Positions 37,361-50,589 of a stretch of 64,000 bases of DNA are shown here, in pieces. The DNA lies in contig JAADVB010000050.1 in NCBI GenBank assembly GCA_023334545.1, forward strand, positions 1 through 64,000, in the 5' to 3' direction. The notes below the pieces were generated by a model. That model was not told the origin of the DNA, did no database searches, and was given only the letters and a program-made list of their open reading frames with translations. How positions within the stretch are numbered: position 1 is the first letter of the stretch; every line of letters starts with the position of its first letter. Origin of the DNA: Salisapilia sapeloensis CBS 127946. Taxonomy: Eukaryota > Protista > Oomycota. Both the position numbers and the translations under genes were made by a program.

Positions 37361-39028
37361 ATGTCGGACGGATTGTACCTTGGATTCGACTGCTCGACGC
37401 AGAGTATGACGGCAGTCGTCGTCGACGCCGACGGAAACCTCGTGCGAGAGCTAAACTTTAGCTTTGACGAACGTCTGCCGCAGTATAAGACCGTCAATGG
37501 CGTCGTGCGTCCAGAACGTGACGCAAATGAGGTCGAGATTCCGTCTCTCCTCTTTGTCGATGCTCTGGACGAAATGCTTGCGGACTTGGCGAAAGATCCT
37601 AAAGTAGACGTTTCAAAAATCCGTGCTGTTAGTGGTAGTGCCCAGCAGCATGCTTCTGTCTACTGGTCCAAGGAATTTTCTCTTCATAATGCTTTGAATG
37701 CTGCTGAAGGAAATGAAAGATTGGTGGATGCTCTTCGAAAGCAGTCGGAGCCATTCTACCTCGAGTGTGGTCCGTCCTGGATGGATTCCTCCACGACACG
37801 CTTCTGCAAGGACTTGGAGAAGGACGTTGGTGGGCCAGACCAAGTCGCTGCTATTAGTGGTTCTCGAGCGTATGAACGTTTTACGGGGAACCAGATCGCG
37901 AAGCGCGTGGAGGAGTATCCTGACTTTTTCGATAAAGTTGGTCGCGTCGCGCTGGTGTCGAGTATGCTAACATCGCTTCTAGCAGGCGAGTACACGGCTA
38001 TTGATGAAAGTGATGGGTCTGGCATGAACCTATACGACGTTCGGAAGCAAGAGTACTCTCCGGAATTGATGAAAGGCGTGGCGAAGTACAGCAAAGACCC
38101 GAACGCTGTGGACAAACTCAAGACTGCTCTAGGAGACAATGTCACTCATTCCTACGCTACGGTCGGTACGATCCACCCGTACTACCAGAAGAAGTTCTCT
38201 TTTGCTCCAGACTGCCGTGTCATCCCGTTCTCCGGTGATAACCCGTGCTCTCTCGCTGGTATCGGATTGTCTGAGACGGGTGACATCGGCATCTCTCTCG
38301 GCACGTCGACTACGGTCATGGCCGTTGTCCCGACGAGCGACGCACGCTTTTCGGGTAAGGAAGGCCACTTCTTCCGCAACCCGATCGACCCGCACAGTCT
38401 CATGGCCATGATCTGCTACAAGAATGGTGCGTTGACGAGGGAGGAGGTGAAGAACCGCCGCGTGCAGGATTCGTGGGAGCACTTTGGATCGATGTTGCAG
38501 CAGACGCCGATCGGGAACAACGGGACATTCGGTTTCTACTACACCGATGCGGAGATCACGCCTCCAACGGCCCGTGGCGGCATCGTTGGCTTTGACGCGA
38601 ATGACAAGCGCATTGATTTATCGCAAGCTCCGGCCGAGACGGAAGTGCGCGCTGTAGTAGAAGGTCAGATTTTGTCGTTACGTTTGCATGCAGAGATGCT
38701 CGGTGTCCGTGACCCGCAGCGTTTGATCGTTGTCGGCGGTGCGTCTGCGAACCGAGAGATCTCGGAAGTTTTAGCAAATGTTTTTAATGCACCTGTGTAC
38801 ACGCTCCCAGCCGTGGCCAACTCGGCTGCATTGGGTGGCGCCTTCCGTGCTCGCCACGGCTACCGTTGCGCGGAAAGCAACGAGTCGTGGGTGCACTTTG
38901 AAGTCGGCAAGAGCTTGAACTTGCAGTTGGCGGCGGAGCCTACGCAGGATGCTGCAGAAGCGTATACGAAGCTACTTCCACGCTTCCAGCAATTGGAACA
39001 GCTCGCGGTACAGGAATTATCCACGTAG
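37361..39028 (+). CDS. XYLB: Xylulose kinase (FGGY family)
   Basis: LYLGFDCSTQS, VSGSAQQH, W.DSST, GSRAYERFTG.QI, FSGDNP..L, SLGTSTT and GGASAN. Intronless, 555 aa. Confidence 0.95.
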   Translation: MSDGLYLGFDCSTQSMTAVVVDADGNLVRELNFSFDERLPQYKTVNGVVRPERDANEVEIPSLLFVDALDEMLADLAKDPKVDVSKIRAVSGSAQQHASVYWSKEFSLHNALNAAEGNERLVDALRKQSEPFYLECGPSWMDSSTTRFCKDLEKDVGGPDQVAAISGSRAYERFTGNQIAKRVEEYPDFFDKVGRVALVSSMLTSLLAGEYTAIDESDGSGMNLYDVRKQEYSPELMKGVAKYSKDPNAVDKLKTALGDNVTHSYATVGTIHPYYQKKFSFAPDCRVIPFSGDNPCSLAGIGLSETGDIGISLGTSTTVMAVVPTSDARFSGKEGHFFRNPIDPHSLMAMICYKNGALTREEVKNRRVQDSWEHFGSMLQQTPIGNNGTFGFYYTDAEITPPTARGGIVGFDANDKRIDLSQAPAETEVRAVVEGQILSLRLHAEMLGVRDPQRLIVVGGASANREISEVLANVFNAPVYTLPAVANSAALGGAFRARHGYRCAESNESWVHFEVGKSLNLQLAAEPTQDAAEAYTKLLPRFQQLEQLAVQELST

Positions 39029-39182
39029 GCTTATTGAACATGAATTGAAATGAGGAACGAGTGTTTTGTGTCTACTTTATATGGCTGTTCATGCTCAAGG
39101 TCGATTAGATGACCTGTTATCACCCATCCTAGATGCATGTGTGTGTAGGAGCCATTTATCAATATCGTGTGGGTGGAACAAG

Positions 39183-40920
39183 ATGCTCGCGAAACGCTTC
39201 CTACAGAGACTACCGACGGGATCCCGTAGTGTGCACCGTAGTGCCGTCGCTGCGCTTCCGGAAATCCCATTCAAGCTCGCGGATATTGGGGAAGGTATCG
39301 CCGAAGTCGAATTGCTACAGTGGTTTGTGAACGACGGCGACACCGTCTCGCAATTCCAGAAAGTGTGTGAAGTCCAGAGTGACAAGGTACTCTTTCCTGT
39401 CTTTCCTATCACGACCCATGTCCTTATGTATGAGTGCAGGCCACAGTGGAGATCACCAGTCGCTTTGATGGCGTCGTGACCAAGCGCCACTACGAAGTGG
39501 GAGATATGGCTGTCGTTGGCACCACGCTCATTGATATTGACGTCCCAGAGGACGTGGCGAAGGCTGCAGGTCCGTCCACGAGCGAGCCGAAGAAGGAGAC
39601 TCCTCAGCCGAAAGCGCCGAGTGCTCCTACTCCAAAGCCGGAGAAGTCGAAACCAAAGACGCCAGAGCCAAAGCCGCAGGCATCTGAAGCTCCAGCGACA
39701 AGGAAGACAGCGGATCGAGGCATTAGTGAGAAGGTGAAGACGTCTCCGGCCGTTCGACGACTTGCTCGGGAACATAACATTGATCTGGAGAACATTGAAG
39801 GCACGGGACCTGCCGGTCGGATTTTAAAAGAGGACTTGCTGGCCTTTATCCGTGATCTGCCGTCTACGCCGCCGGCTCCGGCACCTACTAGCTCCTCGAG
39901 TAGTGAGCAGCAGGCTTCAGACCGTCCGAAATCAGCAGCTTACCTCCAGGAAGACACGGAAGTCTCTCTTACACGTACGCTTAATGCATATGATTCTGCG
40001 GAAGAGTAGTATTAACATGGAGAATAGCGGTACAGAAGATGATGGTCAAGTCCATGAACGCTGCGCTTGCGATTCCACACTTTGGATACGCGGACGAGGT
40101 ACGTGTTCATCTATTCCATCGCTTGAAGGATGCTGATGAAATAGTTGATAGATCCAAATGGATGCTCTCTACAAACTTCGAGAGGAGATGAAACCTATTG
40201 CTAAGGAACGAGGCACAAAGCTTTCGTACATGCCTTTCGTCGTCAAGGTCCTGCTTTTGATACGATAAACGTCTGTAGCTCTACTTACATGTCTACAGGC
40301 AGCATCGCTAGCTCTCAAGCAATACCCGTCGTTAAATGCTAGCGTCAGTGAAGACGCGACGAAGATGACAATGCACGCTGCGCACAACATTTCAGTTGCC
40401 ATGGACACTCCTGCTGGTCTCATCGTCCCAAACATCAAAAATGTCGAGGTATAGCTATTCATCTGATGTGTCTCGACACCCGCATCTTACCTGTCAATGC
40501 CACTAGACGAAGAGTATCTTTGAAGTAGCAGAAGAGATGAACCGATTGCAGGAGCTTGCTACTGCGAACAAACTGTCTCCTGCGGATCTGTCCGGTGGAA
40601 CCTTCTCGTAGGACTTTTACTGATCTTAGGAGGTGCATACGCTAACTCTTTCTCGCTATAGAATCTCCAACATTGGTGCCATTGGAGGCACGTACATGGG
40701 TCCGGTGATCATGGTTCCACAAGTAGCGATCGGGGCGATTGGCAAAATCCAAACATTGCCCCGCTTTGATGAACACGGAGAAGTGCAGGCTGTGCGACTG
40801 ATGCAGGTTTCATGGAGTGGAGACCACCGCGTGATTGACGGTGCGACGATGGCTCGCTTCTCGAACCAGTGGAAGCAGTATCTCGAGAAGCCGACAACGA
40901 TGCTGACGGAGATGAATTAA
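39183..40920 (+). CDS. DBT: Branched-chain 2-oxo acid dehydrogenase E2 (dihydrolipoamide acyltransferase), mitochondrial
   Basis: Presequence [10 protein letters not shown], lipoyl domain [13 protein letters not shown]...EVQSDK|ATVEITS, E3-binding [11 protein letters not shown], and catalytic [12 protein letters not shown]. Confidence 0.95.
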
Positions 40921-40965
40921 GTCGCTCTCGACGCAATAAACTTACCTTGTTATCCTTTAATTCTA

Positions 40966-43312
40966 TCATTCTCTACTCGAAAGCTTGGGAACGAAGACGC
41001 CGTTGCGTGATACGGTAAGGAGGACCTCTTGCATGAGTGGCTTGGGGAGGTTCACAAAGGCCTAAGTGATAGTCAGGGTCAATAATAGAATGATTAGGAT
41101 CGTTTGATGGAACTAACCTCGGTCTTCATGACTTGTCCAAAGTGTTCCAAGATAAAAGCAAGACATTTTTTCTTGAGCGAATGCGCTTCTTGAAAGTCGG
41201 CAGCCTAAAAACGATTTTAAAGGTACATTCCTGTCGAGATAAAGCATGACGTTCGGAATACCTGGAAGACTTCAAAAACATTATCCACAGATAATGTAAA
41301 CATGCTTTCACAAAGTCTACAACCATGCATGCATAAAAATATGTCCACACATGAAATTTGTAAGATCGTACCTTTGAAGGTCGACGAGCAGGAATTGGTC
41401 AGCTAAAGCCAAGACTTGGAGGAAGAGCTCTACATCTGCTTTAAGTATCACATGATGATTTGATGTGGATAGTATGCATACGTGTATCCATTTTCTCTGT
41501 TTCCCAGCTCTTCACACGGTCGGTGTATAGATACTCGAGTAGGATCGCAAACGCATCGTACTATCACATACGTTAGATCACATTATTAGCAGAGTCGCAG
41601 CGTATAACGCACCGAGCAATCTGGAATTTCAATCCGACTCATAGACTCTTCCCGCATGCCTCCCACCAACATTCGCTCGAGTGGTTCACAGCGTGCACCG
41701 ACGATACAGCGATGTGCAGGCAAGTCCTTTCCTTCCACGACGAATGTCACGTCGCTATACTGTGCGTTCTTAAAGAGTTTGGATAGATCCAGCCCGAGTG
41801 ACCGTTGCTGTCCACTCTGCGAGTCGCTCTTCATGTCTTGTACAATGCACGCCGAGTGGTAGTATCCTGCCGCAACCTATTCCAGATCGTCAAGACAAGT
41901 GGCAACTCGAACGCTTTAGAAGTCAGACCTTGGTGACCGTATAATTACGCAGGGCAGGGATGATCTGCGGAGCCAAGCAGTCGACTGTAGTTTCGAGACC
42001 AAGCTGTCCGTGGTTATTTCGACCGAAGGGGTATACTTTACCATCGGAAGAAAGCAGTAGAGTGTGGTAACTTCCGCACGCCACCTGCTTCATTTGTATC
42101 GATGCCACTGCTTGTACCAACTACAATTCTCTTTAGCATCTAGACATACTCCATGATCAACAGAAAAGCTACCGTAGGAACTTGCTTGTCCGTCTTGTGA
42201 CCCAATCCTAACTGACCAAACTTGTTCATGCCGAATGTAAAGACAGATCCGTCGGTCGTAATTGCAACGGAATGAAAGTACCCACATCCGATGTGAGGTA
42301 CAAGTGCTTGATTCAAAGGTGCCGCTAGGAGTCTCGGCTCACTCACGACATAGCCTGTATCTAGTCTGCCCAATTGCCCCCACTCATTGCTGCCGAAACC
42401 AACGACACCACCATCTCCTGTATGCCTTATTTCATTACTTTTTGCATATACTTCTATGATGAACAAGGACGTACGTAGTGACGCGAGTGTATGATGCTGT
42501 CCACAGGCGACCGCCATGACCGGCGCAGAGGCAAAGTAGTTTACCGGATATGGCAACTGGCGATCACGATCATCACCAGTTCCTAGCTGCATCTGCTCAT
42601 TATGACCAAACGTATACACTTGTCCCTCAGTGGTCATCAAGACCGAGTGAAAGTAGCTATTGGCGCCATCCATGATACGTTCATTGCTCAAAGCCGTCAC
42701 AACTTCCGGCTGTAAAGTAGACGTCGCAGCCGAGTCTTGTCCGAGCTGACCGTGGGAATTTAATCCCCACGAATACAGTTTTCCGCTCGCTACATCTTGA
42801 TTAAGATATGCTCGACCAGATACAAGGAGTAGAGAGTACCTGCAATAGCGAGGGTGTGCTCACTACCATTCGCAGCAATCACATGGTCCATCTTGTCATG
42901 ATCAAGCGCTGACAGACGTGCTGGCTGGTCCATTCGAACGGTTGACCCGACCCCACATTGGCCACTAATGCTACCATGAGGGATTCTCCAAGAAGCAGAA
43001 TGGGGAACGCACGTACCTGTCATTAAAACCGAACGCATACACTTCTCCATGCACTAGGACAAAATCAGTACATGTACCTCTTCAGTATCGTCATGTACTT
43101 ATACCATTGATGACAGTCGTCTGTTCATTCCCACACGCGACGTCGACGAGTTCCGTCTCGAAGCATGGGACGAGCGTGGGAACATGCCGCTCGAGCACAT
43201 CCCCGAGCCCGAGCTCATGGTAGTTATTCTAGGTCATAATCGAAAGACGTTGGGAGAGAGAAGACATCAGTTGATACGACAAGAGCACCTGTCCAAAGGT
43301 CCATAGCGCCAT
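40966..43312 (-). CDS. RCC1-repeat + BTB/POZ domain protein, multi-exon
   Basis: Repeated VACG..H and TFG.N..GQLG motifs, then the BTB motif SDVTFVVEGKDLPAHRCIV.ARC. Start MALWTFGQ; stop at 40966-40968. Confidence 0.88.
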
Positions 43313-43378
43313 TTCTGTCCATCAAGATCTTTTTCTTTGTATCAGAATCCGATTCGATCGATAAACCGTACGAGACGA

Positions 43379-44455
43379 ATGACGTCGGAACTACCACTTC
43401 TCCGGCGCGTCGGGTCGAACCACTCGACGGCTAGTATTAGCAGCGCCTCGTCGAAATATTCCCTCCCTCGTGTCGCGTCCGAAGAACTCATTGTACCTGG
43501 ACCCGAGAGCGTCGACTCGGTCTACTACGGCGTCGATGCGTTCTCCCCCACGCTCGTCGACCTCTACACGCCCGGACACAAGCGTATCGTCTGGTCTTCA
43601 CGCGCCCATCGCAAGATGATGACGACGCTCCATCGGGCGTGGCACGGACAAGCGTGGCGTCTCTACTCGATCAGCTTCTGGAGCGGTATCTGCGCCCTCG
43701 CATCCTTCAGCCTCTTAGCTATGGGCTTTTTAGCCGAGGCTGTCGTGCATGAACAAAATCCTGCTCGGTCCGTCCACCGACTTGTGGACGATCCCTTGCT
43801 GGCAGGTAGCATCCTCTTCTTTGCTTCCCACGCACTTAGCTACTTGGAAGTCATCAATAGCTGCCACAACCTCGAGCTGTGGCTAGACGAGTACTTTCAC
43901 GGTCGTCAACCAGTACTTGAACGTCGCTTTGTCGGGTGCTTCCCTTCTCGTATCGACTTTTGGACTGAGCTGCTCGGCATGGTCGGCGCCTCGTTCTTTG
44001 TCGCATCTCGACTTTTCCTATCACTACGTGCGGATGGCGAGAACTACGGTGTGATTGATGTAGAGAGATCGGACGCAAGTCTGATTATCGGATACTGGTT
44101 CCCGTTCTTCCTCGGATCTTTCCTGTTGCTCGTCGGAGCCTACTTGGCTCACGTCGAAGTCGTGCATCAATGGTTCTCCTGGCGTTTTGTCACGCTCGAG
44201 ACGTGGGTGACCGGATTGAATTTGCTGAGCTGCGTCGGCATCTTCCTATCATCCACACTGCAGTTTATGGATCCGTTTGCAGCGATCTTTACGTTCACGG
44301 CATGCATGGCTCCGTTTGGCGTCGGATGTGCCTTCGGAATGGTGTCCACGGTCTTGGGACTCGTCGAATTGACAACCATCCATACACGCAACCGTCATCC
44401 GGAATATGGTCTTTTGGATGACGAAGAAGAGACTGGATACGGAACTTGGAAGTAA
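43379..44455 (+). CDS. Multi-pass membrane protein, YrhK-like
   Basis: Intronless ORF with about 6 hydrophobic segments and repeated F..GS..F/L motifs (LLAGSILFF, PFFLGSFLLL). Confidence 0.7.
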   Translation: MTSELPLLRRVGSNHSTASISSASSKYSLPRVASEELIVPGPESVDSVYYGVDAFSPTLVDLYTPGHKRIVWSSRAHRKMMTTLHRAWHGQAWRLYSISFWSGICALASFSLLAMGFLAEAVVHEQNPARSVHRLVDDPLLAGSILFFASHALSYLEVINSCHNLELWLDEYFHGRQPVLERRFVGCFPSRIDFWTELLGMVGASFFVASRLFLSLRADGENYGVIDVERSDASLIIGYWFPFFLGSFLLLVGAYLAHVEVVHQWFSWRFVTLETWVTGLNLLSCVGIFLSSTLQFMDPFAAIFTFTACMAPFGVGCAFGMVSTVLGLVELTTIHTRNRHPEYGLLDDEEETGYGTWK

Positions 44456-45550
44456 CTCCTTTGCACTCCTTTCATGGATATAAACTCGATGGACGAGAAC
44501 TTCTCTTTCAATTTGCATGTCAAACTGCAGTCATTTCGACCCACACCAATACACGCCCGTTACATTTAAAGTTGCTTGCCTTCTTGCGTTGCTTTGCACT
44601 TGCTTAGAGAAGGTTGTATGTCTAGAAGTACAGGGTAGAGGAAAGAGCGACAGGATTTGATGTACGAAAGGAATAATGCTTTCGATGATTTATGTACGCA
44701 TTGCATTGTATTTTGTTTCGGAAGAGTTACCTAGAAAGAGTTTGAAGGAGCTAGCTACTGATGAAAGACACTACACTTGTACATGAAGCTCCAGCGATAG
44801 TCGGTCAAGGCACTAATTTTTCACTTCGAATCGATGGATAGAAGCGTTTAAAAGGACAAAGGTGGCAACTATGACATCCCGAGAGATCCATAGGATAAAA
44901 CTTCATTTGCCGATCTTCTCATAGCCCTTGGAATACATAATACATGCGTGGCCATTTTGTCCGCTGCATTGAGTCGTTCAACGAAAATGAAGTACAGACA
45001 TTGCTCGATTGCAATGTTGCATTTCCAAGAAAGCCGGGTAAGATTAGATCTGGTCAGCACTCTGGAGGCCTGGCTTTGCAAGGAAAACAATGATAAAACT
45101 CCTTGAGAGCGAAGACAAGAGGCCAAAAGGATAGGTCTTCTAGTAAAATGACGAGCTTTGGACATTTGGAAAACTGCCACTTCAGCTATGGTGCAGACAA
45201 ATGGTACGTTCTATTCTAAAAGTGGCATGGAAAATGTTGATAGCGCTACTACAGCACGTTGGAAATTTATACGAAACCAGATAGTCGTTTCCGGTACATG
45301 TCTGGAATGCATTCATACTTGTCCCAATGTGCACATCTTTCATCGATGGAAAGTTGAACTCCAAAGTCGTTGCCCATCCTGTTGTAGAGCTCGTAAATCA
45401 TGTTCGCAGCCACAATTAATCGGTCTGGTTTATTTCATTCCCCAAGTACTAGTGCCCCGCCTCTGCGACGCCACCGCTACTCGGACAGCTTGCGCATTAC
45501 CGAACCTCGTGCTGTCCATTTGTGTCTGTCAACAAGTTTGGCAAATGTTA

Positions 45551-45564
45551 TCATTTTTCCATTT
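45551..45564 (+). promoter_or_regulatory. Oomycete INR-FPR core promoter element upstream of anoctamin
   Basis: TCATTTTTCCATTT matches YCATTYBNNNWTTY, about 120 nt before the ATG at 45681. Confidence 0.5.
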
Positions 45565-45680
45565 CGTCCATTGCGTTCGTACTCTCGCTTGCTGGCCACT
45601 TCATCTAGGCAGCCTCATCTCAAGTTTCTATTCATAGGTGTCTCTTTGCACAGCCGCAGGCCCAGTTTGAATTAGATAGA

Positions 45681-48600
45681 ATGACGGCATCGGATACTGC
45701 GTCCCGAGACCGGAGTGCCAGTTATGCTGAGCTCCGGTCTCCACGTACTGCCAAAGATGCTGACAAATCAGACCACACACTTCCTAATTCTACTGGACAT
45801 GATTTTACCATCGACTTTCCGTCGAACCATACGTACGATGCCGACTTGGTCATGATATTTCCTCGTCGAGAGGGTGGTGAAAAGTCCAAGCAAAAGGACT
45901 TTACGATCGATGCGTTTGCCGCTCTCATGCTTGGCGAGAACTTGGATGAATCACAAACCCAAGGGGAGATTGTAGTCGACCCATTCAAACGCGTGTTGCA
46001 GACAGAACGGTGTTTCTTATCGGATTATGGAGAGACTCGTTCGTCAGTCCATCGACGGACGACGACACATAAGCAAGAGATGAGGACACTGCATTCCCGT
46101 AAGAAGATTCTTAAGGAAGAGTATATTAGCTTTGTGGGCCATCAAGGCCCGATCCCGGAAGCCACATTCTGTGAACTGGTCGCCACAGCCATCGCTCGTC
46201 GTGTCCAGGTTGCATGTGGACTCACCACTCGCATGTTCCGTTCGTATGACAACGATGAGATCATTATGACGATCAAAGCGGATGATCATGATCTACGCAC
46301 CGAAGCCGATCGGTCTGCATATCACTTGCAGCTAAGTAATCGTCCTTTTGACGATCGATTGCATTCCGGAAAGCATGCGATATTGGCCAAGGAGATTGGA
46401 GACGAAGGGATGAAGGAAGCTCGACTGCATCTATTCCACACACGTGGATCGGTCGCGCAGCAGGAGACAAAGGAAAGAGAGAACGGGACTATTCTGGGCG
46501 TCGAACATGATGAAGCTGAGAGTTTCAACGAATGCGACTCGGAGGATGAATCCGATGCTCCTGAGATGGACCCTCTGCTGATTTCAAGAGGTCCGGACTA
46601 TCATCCTTCCTTGTACAATTCCCTAAAACAATGGGGACATACGGAAGAGGCGGATGGATGGTTTGTCGAGAGCAACGAGTACTCTCAGGTAGAAGGAAAT
46701 CGTCTCACGCGTTTTTTGACTGGCCTCGTGTCCATTCCGTACGATCCCATGACATACTTTGCTCCGTATGCTGAATACAGGATGGATACCAAGTACCAAC
46801 CATTCTACCGTCGATATCCGATCCAATGGAAGGACAAGAAAGAGGAGACGCTGTTCACACAAGTCGATCGTATTCGCCTCATTGCTCGCATCATCAATCG
46901 ACACATTGGTACCGAACCACTGCAAGTAGCGAATTACTTGGAAGGCTCCATGTTCGCTCTGCATGACGAGACTGCGCTGGAGGATTTGCGTCGATCGTGG
47001 GCTAAACGCTGGCACGTTTTGCATCAGCCACTGAACAAGATCCGGTCGTACTTTGGCGAACAGATCTCTCTCTACTTTGCCTGGGTCGGCTTTTACACCA
47101 AGATGCTCGTCGTTCCATCTATCGGCGGCATCATTACGTTCATTTACAACCAGATTAAACGCAGCGATGATGATAAGACGAACGACCAAGGGTACTTGTT
47201 GATCGCTTTCTCTGCCTACATTGTTCTTTGGTCCATGGTCTTCTCTGAAGCCTGGAAGCGGAAGAACGCGAGCTTTAATGCTCTATGGGGCATGGGCGAG
47301 CTAAGCACTAATATGCACTACCGACCTCAGTTCCATGGCGTCCGCAGCTACGACTCTGTGACGGATGAAGTAGAACTTACGTACGCTGACCGCAAGCGAC
47401 GTCATTGCATGATGGGTGTATCAGTCCTCGTGGTATCGATTATGGTCGGTATCGTCTGTCTAGCGCTCTTCGGACTGTTCTGGCTCAAGTTTACTATTAA
47501 TGATAATGACGAGCTGCAAGGGTATGACGTTGGAAGCAATCGTACTATCCTAACGGGCTGCGTGACGGTACTGAATGCCGTTCAGATTCTCGTATTGAAT
47601 ATGGTCTATCGTTACGTGGCAGAGCACTTGAACTCATTAGAGAACCATCGGACGCATGAGGAGTATCAGAACTACTTGGTCATTAAAGTGTTCTTGTTCC
47701 AGTTCTGCAACTCCTTCGCATCGCTTTTCTACATTGCTTTCATCAAGAGATCTGTCGAACATGAGTGCTTGTACGAAGACGACTGTCTGCTTGAACTGCG
47801 TGACCAGTTGCTCATCCTCTTCCTCATTCGTATCGTTGCTGGTAACTTTATGGAAGTCGCGAAACCGTATTTCAAGTACTGGTTCAAGATCTTAAAAGAG
47901 CGATGTTTGACTAAGGGACAAGGATTCAAGGAACATAACAGAGTCGAGAAACAAGCCAAACTCGAATACTACGGCGCAGAGGAGGCCTTTGATGACTACA
48001 ATGAACTGGTGCTCCAATTCGGCTTTATAGTTCTCTTCCCCGTGGCAATGCCGTTGACACCATTGCTGGCACTTGTGAACAACTTGATTGAGATCCATGT
48101 CGACTCGGTCAAGGTAAGACTTACCCATCGATATGCCGTTGTTGTGGATTTGATAACTAATGAGTGTTGCCTAGCTGTGCTACATGTACCGGCGTCCATT
48201 CCCATATCCAGCGAAGGATATTGGAGCTTGGTTTTACATTATGGTAGGAAAGCTGATGTAGTCGTATCTGATCTACGTGCTTATGTTGTTATACAATAGC
48301 GATTCATGTCGTACGCAGCCATGACAACTAATGCAGCGTTGATCATCTGGACGTCCAACTTGTTCGGAGACTCGATGAGTGACTCGACTAAGGCGTTTGT
48401 GTTTGTGCTGTGCTGTCAGCTCTGTCTCATGGTTGCCTTCACTGTCGAACGTACGTATCTACCGCTACTGAGTGGGAGTATTCGTAGACTGACTTTTATA
48501 CGTGATAGGTTTGATTCCGGATCAGCCGTATCATGTTCGACTGCTTTTGCGTCGTCATGAGCACATTGTTGCACAGGTCTTCCATGGACTGATGCGTGCG

Positions 48601-48708
48601 GATGATGACGCGGATTTGTCTGAGAGAGCGGAGAGGGTGGATGTGACGATTTATCCGAATGAAGAATGGGAAAACTCAATCGAATCCACAGACAGCTCTC
48701 GGCAATAA
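45681..48708 (+). CDS. Anoctamin/TMEM16 family channel or scramblase
   Basis: FALHD, QPLNKIRSYFGEQISLYFAWVGFY, E.WKR, ENHRT..EY, KVFLFQFCNSFASLFYIAF, DDYNELVLQFGF, and LALVNNLIEI..D..KL. The last three exons are spliced. Confidence 0.95.
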
Positions 48709-49896
48709 GAGTATACGCCAAGTGATTCTCATTCGAGTTTACTTTCTACATTAATGCATAGCCTGAATAAATCGTTGTTTAACATGAAAGCAACTGATTG
48801 ATTTAGGCCTTGTTTGTGCTGAATACCGATTCGACAGAATTGGGGATTCGCATTTTGTACTTTATTCATGAGAATCGAATCAGGCAGTTCCACGTTCGCT
48901 GAGAATAGCCGATTTTACTTTGCCGCTTGCCGTTGCAAACCTAACGAAACACTACGATATAACTTTCCCATCAAAATCGGAGTATAAGAGCAAATGGTCA
49001 TTCAACTAGGATGCAACCAAGAGGAGATGATCTTCGAGAAGACTTCAAGGCATGTGTGGTGCTCGAAATGTGTACATTTGTAAAAACGCGCGAAAGACTC
49101 GGTGAGCTATTCGCTTTACTTGCGCTATTGAGCTATTCGCTATTATTTCGGAACAGACAGAATAGTTATGGACGAAATAGTTTAGAGATATTTGCGACTC
49201 ACAGTGTACTCCGTCCCACTGAATTGGCGAAGAGCTCAATATTGCAAGTAAATCGAATGCAACTTCAACGTGAAGGGCTTCTGAGGATATGCTCGACACT
49301 TTTCCAATCCAAAGCATGACAGAGTAACGGACAATATACGTGGATAGGACTGGAAAGGAAACTAGCGATGTAAGAGTAGGATGAACGACCAAAGGCTTGG
49401 GCAGTGATTCTAATTATAATTTATCCATGTTTCTTTGCAAAATACCGATTGTTCCTTGCATACTACTCAACTATCTGCTGAACGAGCACTGCTTTAATGT
49501 GCAATTAAGTCTAGCATACAAATGCAGTGGATCCTGTATGGTTCACGGACTAGACAATATTTTAAAACATGGTGCATTCATGCGAACATTTTCTATTTTT
49601 GCTTAATTTCGGTTATGCTGCCAGGAAGATTTTTGGTCACACTTATAATTCGCCTTCAAATAGTACTCTGCTTTCTTAGCTGCTTCCATTTTATCTATGA
49701 TGCATGGAGATTGACAAGAAATTGGGCCAGAAAAGCTCCAAACGCTGCTCAGTAACGAGTCTCTATGAGGGATTTCAGTAACCAAACGAACGATAGCGCT
49801 TTCTTTAAGCTTAAGTAAGCATATCAAGATCATTTATTGGCATTTTATGGTACGAAGCCGCTCTAGGAGTACAGCAGGAGCTTCCAGATGCGAAGT

Positions 49897-50421
49897 TTAG
49901 CGGCTTCTAAGGATATTCATAGCAGCACTGCGAGGTAGCTGCAGCGAAGACTGGAGCGAATGAAGACATTGCTCCTCGAAAAACTCTCGCACAAGTCGAT
50001 GGACGGACTGGGACGTGTACTTATACAGCTCCAGGTAGCTGGAAGGCGGTTGCTCCAACTCGTCTGGGGACACAGACCACTCGCTCTTGCATAGATCATA
50101 CCAATACGCATCGTTTCCGCAAATATCGTATAGAAGACGACTGCAGAGGCGCAAAGTGCAGAGCGACTTGCCATCCAGAAAAGTCAGGATCCGGTGCAGG
50201 GTCTCATCGCAAGTCGAGTCCAGCAGTCCTCGGTGTCGAACGACAAGCGAGTCTTCACCTGTCAAAGCGAAATGGGAACGTTCTAGCAGCACCCGCTGCA
50301 CCTGGTTCCTCCACTCTGGATCATAAATTGTGGAAGAAGCAAGCGGATGCGGCTGCGACCGAGGGTGAAGAATAAGCGCCCTAGACTCATCCTTCTCCTC
50401 CTTGTCAGACATGCTGAACAC
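49897..50421 (-). CDS. Small F-box protein
   Basis: DETLHRILTFLDGKSLCTLRLCSRLLYDICGNDAYWYDLC matches the F-box consensus. Confidence 0.8.
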   Translation of the reverse strand: MFSMSDKEEKDESRALILHPRSQPHPLASSTIYDPEWRNQVQRVLLERSHFALTGEDSLVVRHRGLLDSTCDETLHRILTFLDGKSLCTLRLCSRLLYDICGNDAYWYDLCKSEWSVSPDELEQPPSSYLELYKYTSQSVHRLVREFFEEQCLHSLQSSLQLPRSAAMNILRSR

Positions 50422-50589
50422 GACAAAAGTGCGAGATGTCAGCTAGAAATAGAAATATATTTATTTATGTATCTACAAGTTGATTTGATTAAATTTTCTG
50501 TTTTACACCAATCACAGCGGTGATGCCTGGTGCTCATTCGGCGCCAAAACGCGATTTATTGGCACGGGGGACGTATACCTCCCATAAGC

